Positions 1 through 11,035 of a stretch of DNA of 64,000 nucleotides are shown here, piece by piece. The stretch lies in the NCBI GenBank assembly GCA_951406725.2, contig OX597816.1:79546001-79610000 (forward strand), read 5' to 3'. The translations under genes and the position numbers were made by a program. The stretch's first letter is position 1. Each line of letters begins with the position of its first letter. A model generated the notes under the pieces. That model saw nothing but the letters and a program-made list of their open reading frames with translations. It was not told the DNA's origin and did no database searches. The DNA comes from Octopus vulgaris (lineage: Eukaryota).

Positions 1-120
<120 letters not shown>

Positions 121-262
121 AGTCACTCTTATGGTGATCGTTTCATCCAAGAACCACTGGTTTACTATATTATATTGCTGAAAATTATCTCTTCAATATC
201 AAAATATTAATGAATTAATCTATATTTGTCGAAACTCTCCATTTTCTTACTTAATAATACTA

Positions 263-286
263 CACAAACACACACACACATATGTA

Positions 287-376
<90 letters not shown>

Positions 377-392
377 TGTGCGTGTGTATGTA
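263..392. repeat. Compound (CA)n(TA)n(TG)n microsatellite
   Basis: Direct inspection; explains the spurious ORFs 226..480 and 260..580. Confidence 0.9.
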
Positions 393-394
393 TA

Positions 395-700
395 ACTGGC
401 AATCTGTCGGTTACGACACCGAGGGTTCCAGTGGATCCAATAAATGGAATTACCTGCTCGTGAAATTAACGTGCAAATAGCTGAGCACACCACAGACATG
501 TGTACCCTTAACGTAGTTCTCAGGGAGAACCGGCATGACAAAGATTTTGACAATGCTGGCCCTTTGCAATGTAGGTTCAACTCATTTTGCTAGCTGAGTA
601 GCTTGGAGCAACATGAAATAAAGTGTCTTGTTCGTCGAAGAGACTTGAACTGACAACCTTAAGATCATGAGCCGAATGCCTTAACCACAAAGCCATGCAC
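395..700 (-). mobile_element. tRNA-derived SINE, degenerate (same family as 23971-24345)
   Basis: The reverse complement matches 24200-24340 (aagggtacacgtgtctgtgg...gcacattaatttcacga); a tRNA-like head remnant (ggctttgtggttaagg) lies near 680-695 on -. Confidence 0.7.
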
Positions 701-789
701 CTTCATGAATGTATGTATGTATGTATGCATGTATATATCAATGCATGTTTCCGTTTTCCACATAATACCTGTTTCCGTCATATTTATAG

Positions 790-896
790 GTAAAGTAGAC
801 ACATGGAAAAAATGGTTAACAGTGGAACAAAGTGAAAGAATGGATGCAAGGATCCAATCAGAATTCATCAATCAAGGAATCATTTTTAATTTTTGA
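790..896 (+). CDS. Last coding exon of an upstream cytosolic sulfotransferase paralog (rest lies 5' of the window)
   Basis: tttatag acceptor, then (G)KVDTWKKWLTVEQSERMDARIQSEFINQGIIFNF*. Same 107 bp length and phase as exon 5 (23677-23783, GKVSTWKEWLTVDQSERLDSRIQSELIDQEIILNI*) of the complete gene. AATAAA at 1026-1031. Confidence 0.88.
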
Positions 897-1240
897 TTCA
901 TTCAATTACGTAAGAAATTTTCAAGTCAATTAAAAACATGCAAAAACGTATATTGTCAGTACATACTTCTTTCTTGGCTCAACGATAATTTTTAAATCTA
1001 CGTTTTGATATTGTAATCATGACTCAATAAATTTGTGTGAAACAAAATGCACATTTATTATATCTCGATTTTTATTTGGAACCCTATGAAAGTTTCCTCA
1101 ACATACTGTATGTAAAATGTAATATCTGATTTTGTAAATGAACTCTCTACAAACCCACATGCAGCATACACCTATTTTGCTTGAGCAGTTATGTTTGTTT
1201 TTCTACATAAACATTATACTATTTTATCATATACCCCTCT

Positions 1241-1850
1241 AAAAAGGAAATAAAATTTATGCATAGATATGTATTATCTGATGGCTCTAAGTGTATTCAT
1301 ACCTATTATCGCAATGTTGTTTCTGTAGTGATCTAAGTCTGTTGAGCTGTATCAGGATCTAGGTTTCTGCATCAGCAAAATATGCATTTTTTAAAAAGAA
1401 GTAAAAAAAAATCTGAAAATCGGCTATAATAATGTAGCCCTCCAGTCTCATTGCTTTGAAGTCATGATGTTGTGGAAAGAAAACTTGGGGAAAAAAGTTA
1501 CAGAGGTTTAAAAATCGAAAAAACTGGGTATTTTTAGTCAATAGCGAGACAGAAATCTTCTGCACTTAGCGGAGCGATGTCAACTTTAAGGTTGTACCCA
1601 GTACAATTTATAGTTTAGCGTCTGACCTGTTCATTGTAGGCTTCTTAAATAAATAGAAATACCAAATTTGAGTAATGTTTTCATGCTTGGATTTGTAAAC
1701 TATGGTAAGAATAACACTCGCCAACAAAGTATTTGTCCCAAAGAATACCTGTATCTTATATGTTATTGCAAGCAGAATTCAAAAATAATATCAGATTTTC
1801 TGTATCATCCATATCACTACTGGTACTTTAAACTCTTCGGCCTTGTCATT
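1241..1850 (+). pseudogene. Putative decayed exon1/exon2 relics of a middle SULT paralog
   Basis: By-eye matches to the intact SULT, in colinear order: KKEIKFMHRYVLSDGSKCIHTYYRNV vs IKAEIENSRSLVYDRDGNFTEFYYYKGI; STIYSLASDLFIVGF vs STIQNFPLRDDDIFICAY; IEIPNLSNVFMLGF vs ERIPNVKEEYMLDF; SICPKEYL vs SFLPEKLL; QNSK vs RNPK. Interrupted by stops and an unrelated insert at ~1357-1590. Confidence 0.45.
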
Positions 1851-2066
1851 ACTGGTACTCTAAACTCTTCGGTTGCATATTTGTGTGAGTAAAATCGTTT
1901 TTATTTTTTCGAATAAAAAAGTCTAACTTTATTTCTTCTTTTGCCGGTGTCTCAAATATAGATTAAATCAGTGTTTCTCAAAGGGTCGGACAAGATGTTT
2001 TGAGAAAATTTGGTTTAAATGTTTGACAACTCAGCACCGTCCTTTGGACGGGCGGTGTTTTTCTCG

Positions 2067-2070
2067 TATG

Positions 2071-2106
<36 letters not shown>

Positions 2107-2164
2107 TGTATGTATGTATGTATGTATGTATGTATGTATGTATGTATGTATGTATACTTGCATG

Positions 2165-2207
<43 letters not shown>
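2067..2207. repeat. (TATG)n + (TA)n microsatellite
   Basis: Direct inspection. Confidence 0.9.
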
Positions 2208-2212
<5 letters not shown>

Positions 2213-3885
2213 CCCCCGATCCCTTATCTGGTGGGCGATGCGGAAACTGGAGATTGACGAATGGTTAATAAGGGCTGTACAGGCCCTATACAGAGAGGCC
2301 GTTAGTAAGGTTAGGATTGGCAACGAATATAGTGAAGAATTCCGGGTAGAAGTAGGGGTCCGCCAAGGTTCAGCCCTCAGTCCCCTTTTATTCATCATAG
2401 TCCTCCAGGCAATAACAGAGGAATTCAAGACGGGTTACCCCTGGGAGCTCTATGCCGATGACCTGGCCCTCATAGCAGAATCACTACCGGAACTAGAAAA
2501 GAAAATTCGGGTGTTGAAGCTAGGTTTAGAATCAAAAGACCATAGAGTCAATGTAGCAAAGACCAAAGTTATAGTAAGTGGGAAGGCGAACTCATCACAC
2601 ACCCTCAGGTCGGTGGCCCTGCTCGATCTGTAGAAAAGGTGTAGGTAGAAACTCCATAAGATGTACCCAGTGTAAGCTATGGACGCACAAGAGGTGCAGC
2701 AACATCAAAGGAAAATTAACCGAGAAGATAGCTTTCGTGTGCAGCAGATGCACAGGTGCAATAGACACCACAGATACGCAGAAAACAGATTCCATCACAC
2801 TCCAGGGGAAGAAACAAGAAGTAGTTGATAGTTTCCGCTACCTAGGCGACCAAGTTAGTAATGGATGTGGATGCTCAGAGAGTGTCACCACTAGAATAAG
2901 AATAGTCTGGGCAAAGTTTAGAAAGCTTCTTCCCCTACTGGCGACAAAGGGCCACTCGCTCAGAGTGAAAGGTAGATTGTACGATGCATGTGTGCGAACT
3001 GCCATGCTTCACGACAGTGAAACATGGGCTGTGACTGTAGAGGTCATGCGTAGGCTTGAAAGAAATGAAGCTAGTATGATCCGCTGGATGTGTAATGTCA
3101 GTGTGCACACACGACATAGTGTAAGTGCCCTGAGAGAAATGCTGGACATAAGAAGCATCGGATTTGGCGTACAAGAGAGACGTTTGCGCTGGTATGGTCA
3201 TGTACTACGGATGGATGAGGAGAGATGTATGAAGAAGTGACACTCCCAAACAGTTGAAGGAATCCAGGGTAGAGGTAGACCCAGTAAGACATGGGATGAG
3301 GTGGTTAAGCATGATCTTCGAACATTGGGCCTCACAGAGGCAATGACGAAAGACCGAGATCTCTGGAGATATGCTGTGACTGCGAATACCCGTCAAATAA
3401 CGTGAGTTCATGGTTGTTTCCTGCACCAGAAAATAACGTGAGTTGATGGCTGTTTCCTGCACCAGCTTCACATAGCAGCCCCAGCCCATCCAAAGTACCT
3501 TAGACTGCAGGACAGCCTACTGTGCTTACTTTGGATCGTAGGGCGACCTGCTGTGCTTGAGGAGACCTATTGAGTCAAGTACATCAACATCAAAATAAAA
3601 ATCAAATGAAATTGTAGTTATGATAACCGTGCTGGTGGCACGTAAAAAGCACCAACCGATCGTGGCCGTTGCCAGCCTTCCCTGGCACCTATGCCGGTGG
3701 CACGTAAAATGACCCACTACACTCACGGAGTGGTTGGCGTTCGGAAGGGCATCAAGCTGTAGAAACACTGCCAGATCAGACTGGAGCCTGGTGCAGCCTC
3801 CTGGTTTCCCAGACCCCGTCGAACTGTCGAACCCATGCTAGCATGGAAAACGGACGTTAAACGATGATGATGATGATGATGATGA

Positions 3886-3889
<4 letters not shown>
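2208..3889 (+). mobile_element. 5'-truncated, frameshifted RTE-like LINE (PHD-RT family, diverged subfamily) with 3' UTR and (GAT)n tail
   Basis: RVPRSLIWW...[13 protein letters not shown]...YADD, PHD finger, FRYLG, RRLRWYGHV (ORFs 2019..2633, 2578..3240). Ends in the shared tail ...gcatggaaaacggacgttaaac(gat)n. Confidence 0.92.
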
Positions 3890-3926
<37 letters not shown>

Positions 3927-3929
<3 letters not shown>

Positions 3930-5550
3930 TTGCGGCCAAAATGTTCAGAACGCCATTGTTTTCGTCAGAAAAGTAGGTACAATTTTTTATCAAATTTGTT
4001 TTATATTCTATAATTTTCACAGACAACAAATTCGATATTATTTGTTATTGTCTGAGATTTTGGTGTAATTTGAGAGGATAATACAAAAGTTATGGATGAT
4101 TTAGTGATTTACTGCAAAATCCATGGCGGCCAAAATGATCAGAACGGTTGCTTTTACTCCGTGTTTTAGTATATTGAACCGGCGAACTCTAATGTTTTGA
4201 ATTTGTTTACTTGACGGTTCGTTTACTAAACATTAGTAAGAATATCTGCAGTGTACTTTGTTTATATAATGCCACTTACTCCGTTACCAATTCGTCAGCA
4301 GATTATTAAGCTTCGAAAGAAGGATAATTTAAGTATTGGGTCTATTGCAAAGATTGTTAACAAGTCAAAAAGTGTTGTTCATGGTATTCTTAAGTATACG
4401 ATGATTGTGGTTCGTGTGAAGCAAGAACGTCTACAGGTAGGCCAAGAAAAACGACCAAGAGAGAAGATCGTGCTATGGTAAAGTTGATTAAAAAGGACAG
4501 ATTTAAAACAGCTGCTGCTGTTTCTCGGAAAATGAGCATTGTACTGAAGAAAACTTTATCTCGAAGAACTGTGTCTCGTCGTTTAGTTGAACATGACCTA
4601 CAAGCAAGAGCACCTGCAGTGAAGCCACTGATCAGCTCCAAGAATAAAAAGTGTCGTCTTACCTTTGCAACCGAACATGTGTTGTGGTCTCAAGAAAAAT
4701 AGCAAACGGTGCATTTCAATGATGAATCTAAGTTTACGTTATTTGGCTCAGATGGGAAAAGATACGTTCGTAGAAAAGTAGGTGAAAAATTGTCGCCTAA
4801 ATGCCTTAAGACTAGTGTTAAATTCGGTGGAGGAAGTGTCATGGTTTGGGGGATATCTGGAGATGGTGTGGGCCCTTTGGTGCGATTACATGGAAAGTAA
4901 AATGCAGGAGTTTATAAACAACTTGTAAAAGATCATGTCTTGCCTGTGCTGAGAAATTCAACCAAGCGACCACCCATATTCATGCAGGACAATGCCTTAT
5001 GTCACAAGGCTAAAGTGGTCATGAACTTCCTCAAGGCTGAAAAGGTTATTGTTATGGACTGGCCTGCTCAAAGCCCAGATCTCAATCCTATTGAAAATGT
5101 GTGGAATATTCTAGGAGAACGTTCGAAAGCCAGAAATCCTAAAACAACCGAGCAATTATGGAATGCCCATCACGAAGAAAATTGAATAAGATCACCCAGC
5201 AAGAAATTGAAAATTTAGTTTCCTCATGCAGTCGAAGATGTCAGAGTGTGATTGAAGCTAAAGGGCTTCACGCTAAATATTAAATAATTCCAGTATTCTC
5301 TGTCATTTTTGATTATTTTCTTATTTTTTCAACCGTTCTGATCATTTTGGCCGGCATGGGTTTTGCAGTAAATCACTAAATCATCCATAACTTTTGTATT
5401 ATCCACTCAAATTACACCAGAATCTCAGACAATAACAAATAATATTGTATTTATTGTCTGTGAAATTTATAGAATATAAAACAATTTTGATAAAAAATTG
5501 TACCTACTTTTCTGACGAAAACAATGTCGTTCTGAACATTTTAGCCGCAA

Positions 5551-5553
<3 letters not shown>
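3927..5553 (+). mobile_element. Full-length Tc1-family (DD34E) DNA transposon with IR/DR-type TIRs; transposase pseudogenised
   Basis: About 220 bp TIRs (CAGTTGCGGCCAAAATGTTCAGAACG at 3927; reverse complement ending 5553), inserted in (TA)n. Internal repeat ggccaaaatgatcagaacgg at ~4128. Transposase fragments: HTH, FNDESKF, FMQDNALCH, SPDLNPIENVW, with 34 aa between D and E. Confidence 0.95.
4269..5283 (+). pseudogene. Tc1 transposase with frameshifts and stops
   Basis: ORF pieces 4251..4481, 4475..4702, 4709..4900 and 4940..5185 concatenate to a ~340 aa Tc1 transposase. Confidence 0.9.
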
Positions 5554-5592
<39 letters not shown>

Positions 5593-6072
5593 CTGCGTGA
5601 CAGTTGGTGACCCTGGTGTCTAACTACATTACACTTGGCTTCCCGACGAAAAGATAAATTAATTGTTACAATTGATAAATTCCCATAGTTGTCCCTCTGT
5701 GATGTTACTTCAGTTGAGACGGCGTTTCATTCAGCCGGTCAGCCTCCCCCCTATGATCGCTTTTCACTAACTGATTTTATCCTGTAAACTGCTAGTATTT
5801 GTAAGTATGCAGACCAGCTAGAAAAAGATGTATACCACCCTAACAATGAACAAATTAATGTACGTCACTCATTGTCTATTTCAACATTTCGTGGCATAGG
5901 AAAGGCTAAGAGTTAAGTGGAAAACATAGAATTGCGTTGTTCCTTGACATAACAATAGGCCATATGGTTTGGGAGAATTTCTAGGTACGGTTTCGAATCT
6001 AAGGTAGGACCAAGCGAGGACTTTACATATATATATATATATGCACACATATATGTGTGTGTGCATTATGTA

Positions 6073-6312
6073 GAGGCTCGTGACTTAGTGGTGAGGGTGT
6101 TACCCTAATGATCGTAAGACAGGTTTTGATTTCTGGATCGGGCGATGCATTGTGTTCTTGAACAAAACACCTCATTTCATGTTGTTCCAGCTCACTCAGC
6201 ATGCAAAAGTGAGTACTCCTGTGGTGGACTGGCGTCCTGTCCTGAAGGATAATATATACACCACAGAATCCAGGAAACCGGCCTTATGAATCCATGTTTC
6301 AAGAAGGACCTT
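6073..6312 (+). mobile_element. Degenerate tRNA-derived SINE
   Basis: A-box-like gtgacttagtggtgagggtg and B-box-like ggttttgatttc, followed by tgtgttcttgaacaaaacac as in the 23971 copy; ends in CG/CA microsatellite. Confidence 0.6.
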
Positions 6313-7303
6313 TGACGCGCGCGCGCGCGCGCGTGTGTGTCAGTGCTCGCGCGCGTGTATGTGTGCACGCACATACACACAGAGACACAAAAAACGTGTA
6401 TAGATATAATTAGAAGGAATATATACGAATTTTGTGGAGGTTAAATATCATTAAGCAAACGTTGTTGCCTCGAAAATGGTGAAAGACTTAAACATACGAA
6501 GAGAGAAATAAAACTAGCAGAAGAAAATACAATTGTACAAGTGATTTTGCGTCTGCTGTTAAGTGTGGAAATTAATTCCACAAGCCACTGTTTCTTATGA
6601 TGTTGCATCATATTCTTGTAAAATGATATTGCCAGAACAACATACAACTAAGTCTGAATGACCTGAAATGTGAATTGATATGCGGGAAGATATGGAAAAT
6701 GTTCACTCGTGACTTGTGATTGACTCTGAAAAAATAGGATGTGCAGCATATTCTGGTGTAGCCATTCTAGTATCATTAAAATCACATGTTTCTCATGTTT
6801 CCAAAGAATGGAGATCAATCTCAGTTTCTTTCAATGACAGCACAAGGTCGATCCGACAGTCATCCTTGACAAAAATATATTTGTTTCATTCAAGAACACA
6901 GTCATATGACACTGCTTCCAAAGTTCTCCAGAATGCAAGAGGATAACAGCTTGAAACTACCGTGGTAGTGAAATAAATCTGAAGTTGTGGCTACCTGCAA
7001 AATATCAAAATGTTGAGTAATCATCCTAAGGACTGTTAGAAAAGGTGCGCATTACGTTCCATGTCTTTTGTTTAACATTTCCGATTTGCTTTTAAATACT
7101 TCCATAATCTCTCGGACTGAGAAAGAATAATTACCTCAACAAATAAGCCCCTTCAACCGTATTGTTTTTTCTAACTCGTCTATTTTTTAGCCTGCCATAA
7201 TCTTATTACCTATTAATCAAAGGAATCGATATTTTGATATGAGAAAATATTTCTATGTTAAATACTGAAATTTTCATAATTTCACTAGATTCCTCTTCTA
7301 CAG

Positions 7304-7481
7304 GATCCATCCAAATTAGTGTCACTTGTTCTTAAGCTCTTGGGGAAAACATTTCTAATCAACTTGCTAATAAAACTGTTGATAAATGTTCGTTCAATAA
7401 AATGAAGTCTAGGAAAGAATTTACGAGTTCATATCTTACACAAAGACGCTGTCAAAGAAGGCAGTACTGTCGACCATTCCG
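7304..7481 (+). pseudogene. Pseudo-exon homologous to SULT exon 4
   Basis: ttctacag acceptor and G|gtag donor enclose exactly 178 bp, the same as exon 4 (23146-23323). Reads DPSKLV...LGENISNQLANKTVDKCSFNKMK...KEG...HSG vs DLRKVV...LGKKISDQLALEIADMCSFDKMK...KEN...RSG, with compensating 1-nt indels; the uncorrected frame hits TGA. Confidence 0.8.
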
Positions 7482-8119
7482 GTAGTTATGTTAATACTTT
7501 ATTTGATTAAACTATCTTGTAATTTAATTTCAATAGATTTTAATACACATATTTAGTCCCCATAACTAAACTTTGATAACTTTGATAGGTTTCAGAGGCC
7601 CGCAAGTGTCATGGGCAATGTCACTTCCTTCTGCCTCATCAAGCAAAAACTGAAAATTTTCTGACGATAAATATTCAAGTATAAGTATATTATTATTTAT
7701 ATACCACCAAGTAAGTTAGGGGTTGTGGATCCAACCCACTAAGGGATAATACTTATCCAATATACTGTTGGTATAATGTCCAAATTATTAATACACAAGT
7801 GTTTTTAATTGCAATGCAATTAACTTACTTATTGTATTAAATGGGTGAAGATAAAGAAATATTTTACCATTAATTTATATTACAAATAAGAAAATGGAGA
7901 AACAATTTAGTTGGTTTATCAGCTTTAGGATATTCGAATGTTGACTTATTTATTTAACAAAACGAGAACTATAATAACATACATATATACATTAAAATTC
8001 AATACATATAAGATAAGAATATAATTTAAAAAAACCCTTAATATAAATTATTGAAATCATTATATTAACAGAGCAGAATACAAAAGATCAGCTCTTTTAT
8101 ATAGATATAAATAAAGATA

Positions 8120-9047
8120 CTAGACTATTCGTGACCCGTTGGAACACCAGGAAAGTCTGAGTTTCCCAGCAAGCGAGTTTTGTTTCGTGGTTTTTTTTTA
8201 TTACCTTTTCCAGGTTATTTCGCATGCTTTCAACGAATGTGACATCGAAATCAAACATAAACAGCTCCTTTCCCCAAGAAAATGAAAAATTTGACAGCTA
8301 TTTCTTGCATGCCCTGCTACCACATAGCAGGTATTTCGAATCCTTTATCGCAAGTAGCTGTAATGTGGTAGCAGAGTGTGCATGAAATAGCAGTCAAATC
8401 TTTGGTGGTTTGAGTTACGTTGAGTGCACTCGAAAAAAAAACCTATGGAAAAAGTTATTTCACACCGATGTTACGGAGTCTTTTACGAAATATTCACCGT
8501 ATTTTTAAAGTCATTTTCACTTTAAAGTATTTTTTGAATATACCAAAAACATTTTTGTAATGATATTGACTTGAGAATAATTTTAAAAATAATTAAAATA
8601 TTGTCTGTTTAAAGAAAGCTAAAATATAAATATTTATTGTACAAATAACTTACATTTTTGAAATCACATTCACTTAAAAATATTTCTAAATGATTATAAT
8701 ATTGTATTTAACAAAAACGAGAATAGAAACATTTATTGTAAAAAACAAATCGTATGTTTTCCTTGTCATGTCACTGAGTCTAATCGAAAGGTAAGAGTTT
8801 CTTTCAGGGCTAAGTTATTTTCGGAGAATTTTCCCATTATGCTTCGTTTTGGGTATTTATACCCCGAAAACCCCTAACATCTCAATAACAAAATGTCCAA
8901 TTTACGCGAAACTTGTTTTATTCCGTTCATATTCCCATTTCAGGGACAACTTAATTCATAGTATTTCCTCATTATGCGCCAGTTTGGCTGGGTAACATTG
9001 CAAGCAAGAAATCAAAATTCAAGCTCACTTTTAGTGTATTATAGAGA
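8120..9047 (-). mobile_element. Non-autonomous Helitron-like element
   Basis: On - it begins TC (tctctataatacactaaaagtg) and ends ...aacgggtcacgaatagtCTAG, inserted between A and T. Contains an internal imperfect palindrome at ~8200-8460. Confidence 0.6.
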
Positions 9048-9279
9048 TTTAATCCTTCCTCTGACGTTACTGAACTTGTATCAAAATTTGAAAGCAATAA
9101 TTACATAAGCATATTGCTCCGATACTTCCCTCGGATAATTTCATTTACGTGAATCTAGAAATGCAAAGCCTTCAGCGACAAGAAGATTTATCTCTAAAAA
9201 GACTTGAATTCTGGAGTTTTATAAGCTAGCTGGAAAAGTTCTCGAAATTCTGTAAGACCTTTAGATGCGAAACTAAATA

Positions 9280-10065
9280 CAATAAGATATTTAGTTTAAC
9301 CGGAGGACCTGCCATTTCTACAACGTTTCTGCTCTAATATAAAAACAAAATCATTTCTAATTTAGGGACAAGGCTGCAATTTTTGGAATAATTTACTGTT
9401 TTAGCGGGTCTATACTACGTAAGGATAAATGGTAAGTTTTACATAGTCGGGATTTGAACACAGAACATTAAGGGATATAACCTTATTGTTATCGTCTTTC
9501 ATAGGTTTAAAAATTGATTCTAACATAAGATTAAAACCAGAATTTTAGAGGAGAGATCAGTTAATCTTAATATGTAACTGATACTTTATTTTTGTCGATC
9601 TCAGAAGGAAGAAAGACAAAGTTGACCTCGGAAGGATGTAAGACAAAGTTGGCCTTGTCAGAATGTGACCTAAGTGTTGTAAAGAGCCCGAACAAATATT
9701 GCAGTCCAATGGGAGAATTTTAAGAAGGTAAATAATCATTTTTAGAATAGGCACTAGGCCAGCACTTTGGGGGAAGTGGGTTAATTGATTATATTTGCAC
9801 CACATGTTGACTACTACTTTCATTTATTGGCTCCTGAGAGATGACAGGAAAGTTGACCTGAGCGGTTTTATGTCTAACTCTCTGATGACTGCCAATCATC
9901 GAACTATTTTGAAAGAGCTAATAATGGTTTCAGATTTATGTAGAAGGCCAGCAACTTTGAGGAGATGGGTTGATCGATATCATGGATCCCAATACTTCAC
10001 TGGTAGTTATTTTATCGACCCCGTAAGGGTGAAAGACAATGTCTGTTAAAAATTCAGACACATGC
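9280..10065 (-). mobile_element. Array of degenerate head-to-tail SINE copies (family of 33320 and 63459)
   Basis: Recurrent motifs ttattttatcgacccc..aaggatgaaag.caaagttgacct and ttagg.acaagg.cagcaa.ttt, at ~200 bp spacing. Confidence 0.55.
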
Positions 10066-10626
10066 CGCAAACTTAAGGAAAGAGAATATAGCTGGCTTTT
10101 AGTATCATATTTTCAAACTGAATTATTGAGCTAAATTTAATAACAAAGAAAACAGCAACTTGTAATAGTTTTTGCTGTGGATCAGACATAACTAGTTTTC
10201 CACGAGTAAGTCTGTGACTTTCATATAGCTGACAGTATATAGTATATATACTATATACTGACATCATTATGACCTGCTCCGTTTGAAAAGAATTTTTTAG
10301 ATTTGAAAACTTGTCTTCCCCACCCCCATTTTTATAAAGAGAAGACACTTATCAGGAAAGACTCGACTATTGATATAACATAATGTAAATATCAAAGTCA
10401 CTAAGACGCATATGCAGTGGAAGCTAAAGTAATACAATTGTAGAAAACTTGTTTTAAGTAATATAATACTGGGTTTATAAAATTTACTTGTCTAGATTTC
10501 AATTTTCAACTATTATAACCAGTTGTATTTTAGACTGTCCTAGTTTTAGCTAACACATTGAAATGTTGTTTGGAAATTAATATGCGAGTTATTTATTTTA
10601 TCAGGACTGCACCAAATAAGGGTGAC

Positions 10627-10637
10627 GTGACAAAGCA
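10627..10637 (+). promoter_or_regulatory. Candidate antioxidant response element (RTGACnnnGCA) with overlapping CRE-like TGACGTGA
   Basis: GTGACAAAGCA lies 200 bp upstream of the SULT ATG; motif match only. Confidence 0.35.
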
Positions 10638-10836
10638 CATCAACTGATAAGCTATGATTTATCAAATTTGCTTACTGAATAGTCACATGTCTATTTTTTT
10701 TTTTTCAAGTTGACATGTGATCTATATTTCGTGGAGGAAATCTACTTGATTTAAATTATAAGATACATTCTACATTATTTTTTTATATCTTTTACCCAAA
10801 TTGTTTGCAATAATTAAAATATCCGAGTAAGTTATA

Positions 10837-11035
10837 ATGAGCCCTGAAGAGATAAAAGCGGAAATAGAGAATAGTCGCTCTTTGGTGTATGACAGAGATG
10901 GCAACTTTACGGAATTTTATTATTATAAAGGAATTCCCCTGCCAGGTGTTCCGACCATACCATCAGTGATATCAACCATTCAGAATTTTCCTCTAAGAGA
11001 TGATGACATTTTCATCTGTGCTTATCCTACTGCTG
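10837..11035 (+). CDS. Sulfotransferase exon 1
   Basis: ATG...LRDDDIFICAYPTA G|gtaag. Confidence 0.88.

Noticed and set aside
226-580. Short ORFs rich in YI/CV/HT repeats (also 1978-2268, 18340-18651, 48916-49371)
   Set aside because: They are translations of microsatellites and SINEs, with no coding signal.
5780-5865. Possible SULT exon-3 relic (KYADQ...HPN vs KYTKQ...KPN)
   Set aside because: The similarity is too weak and there is no clear acceptor; it cannot be distinguished from chance.
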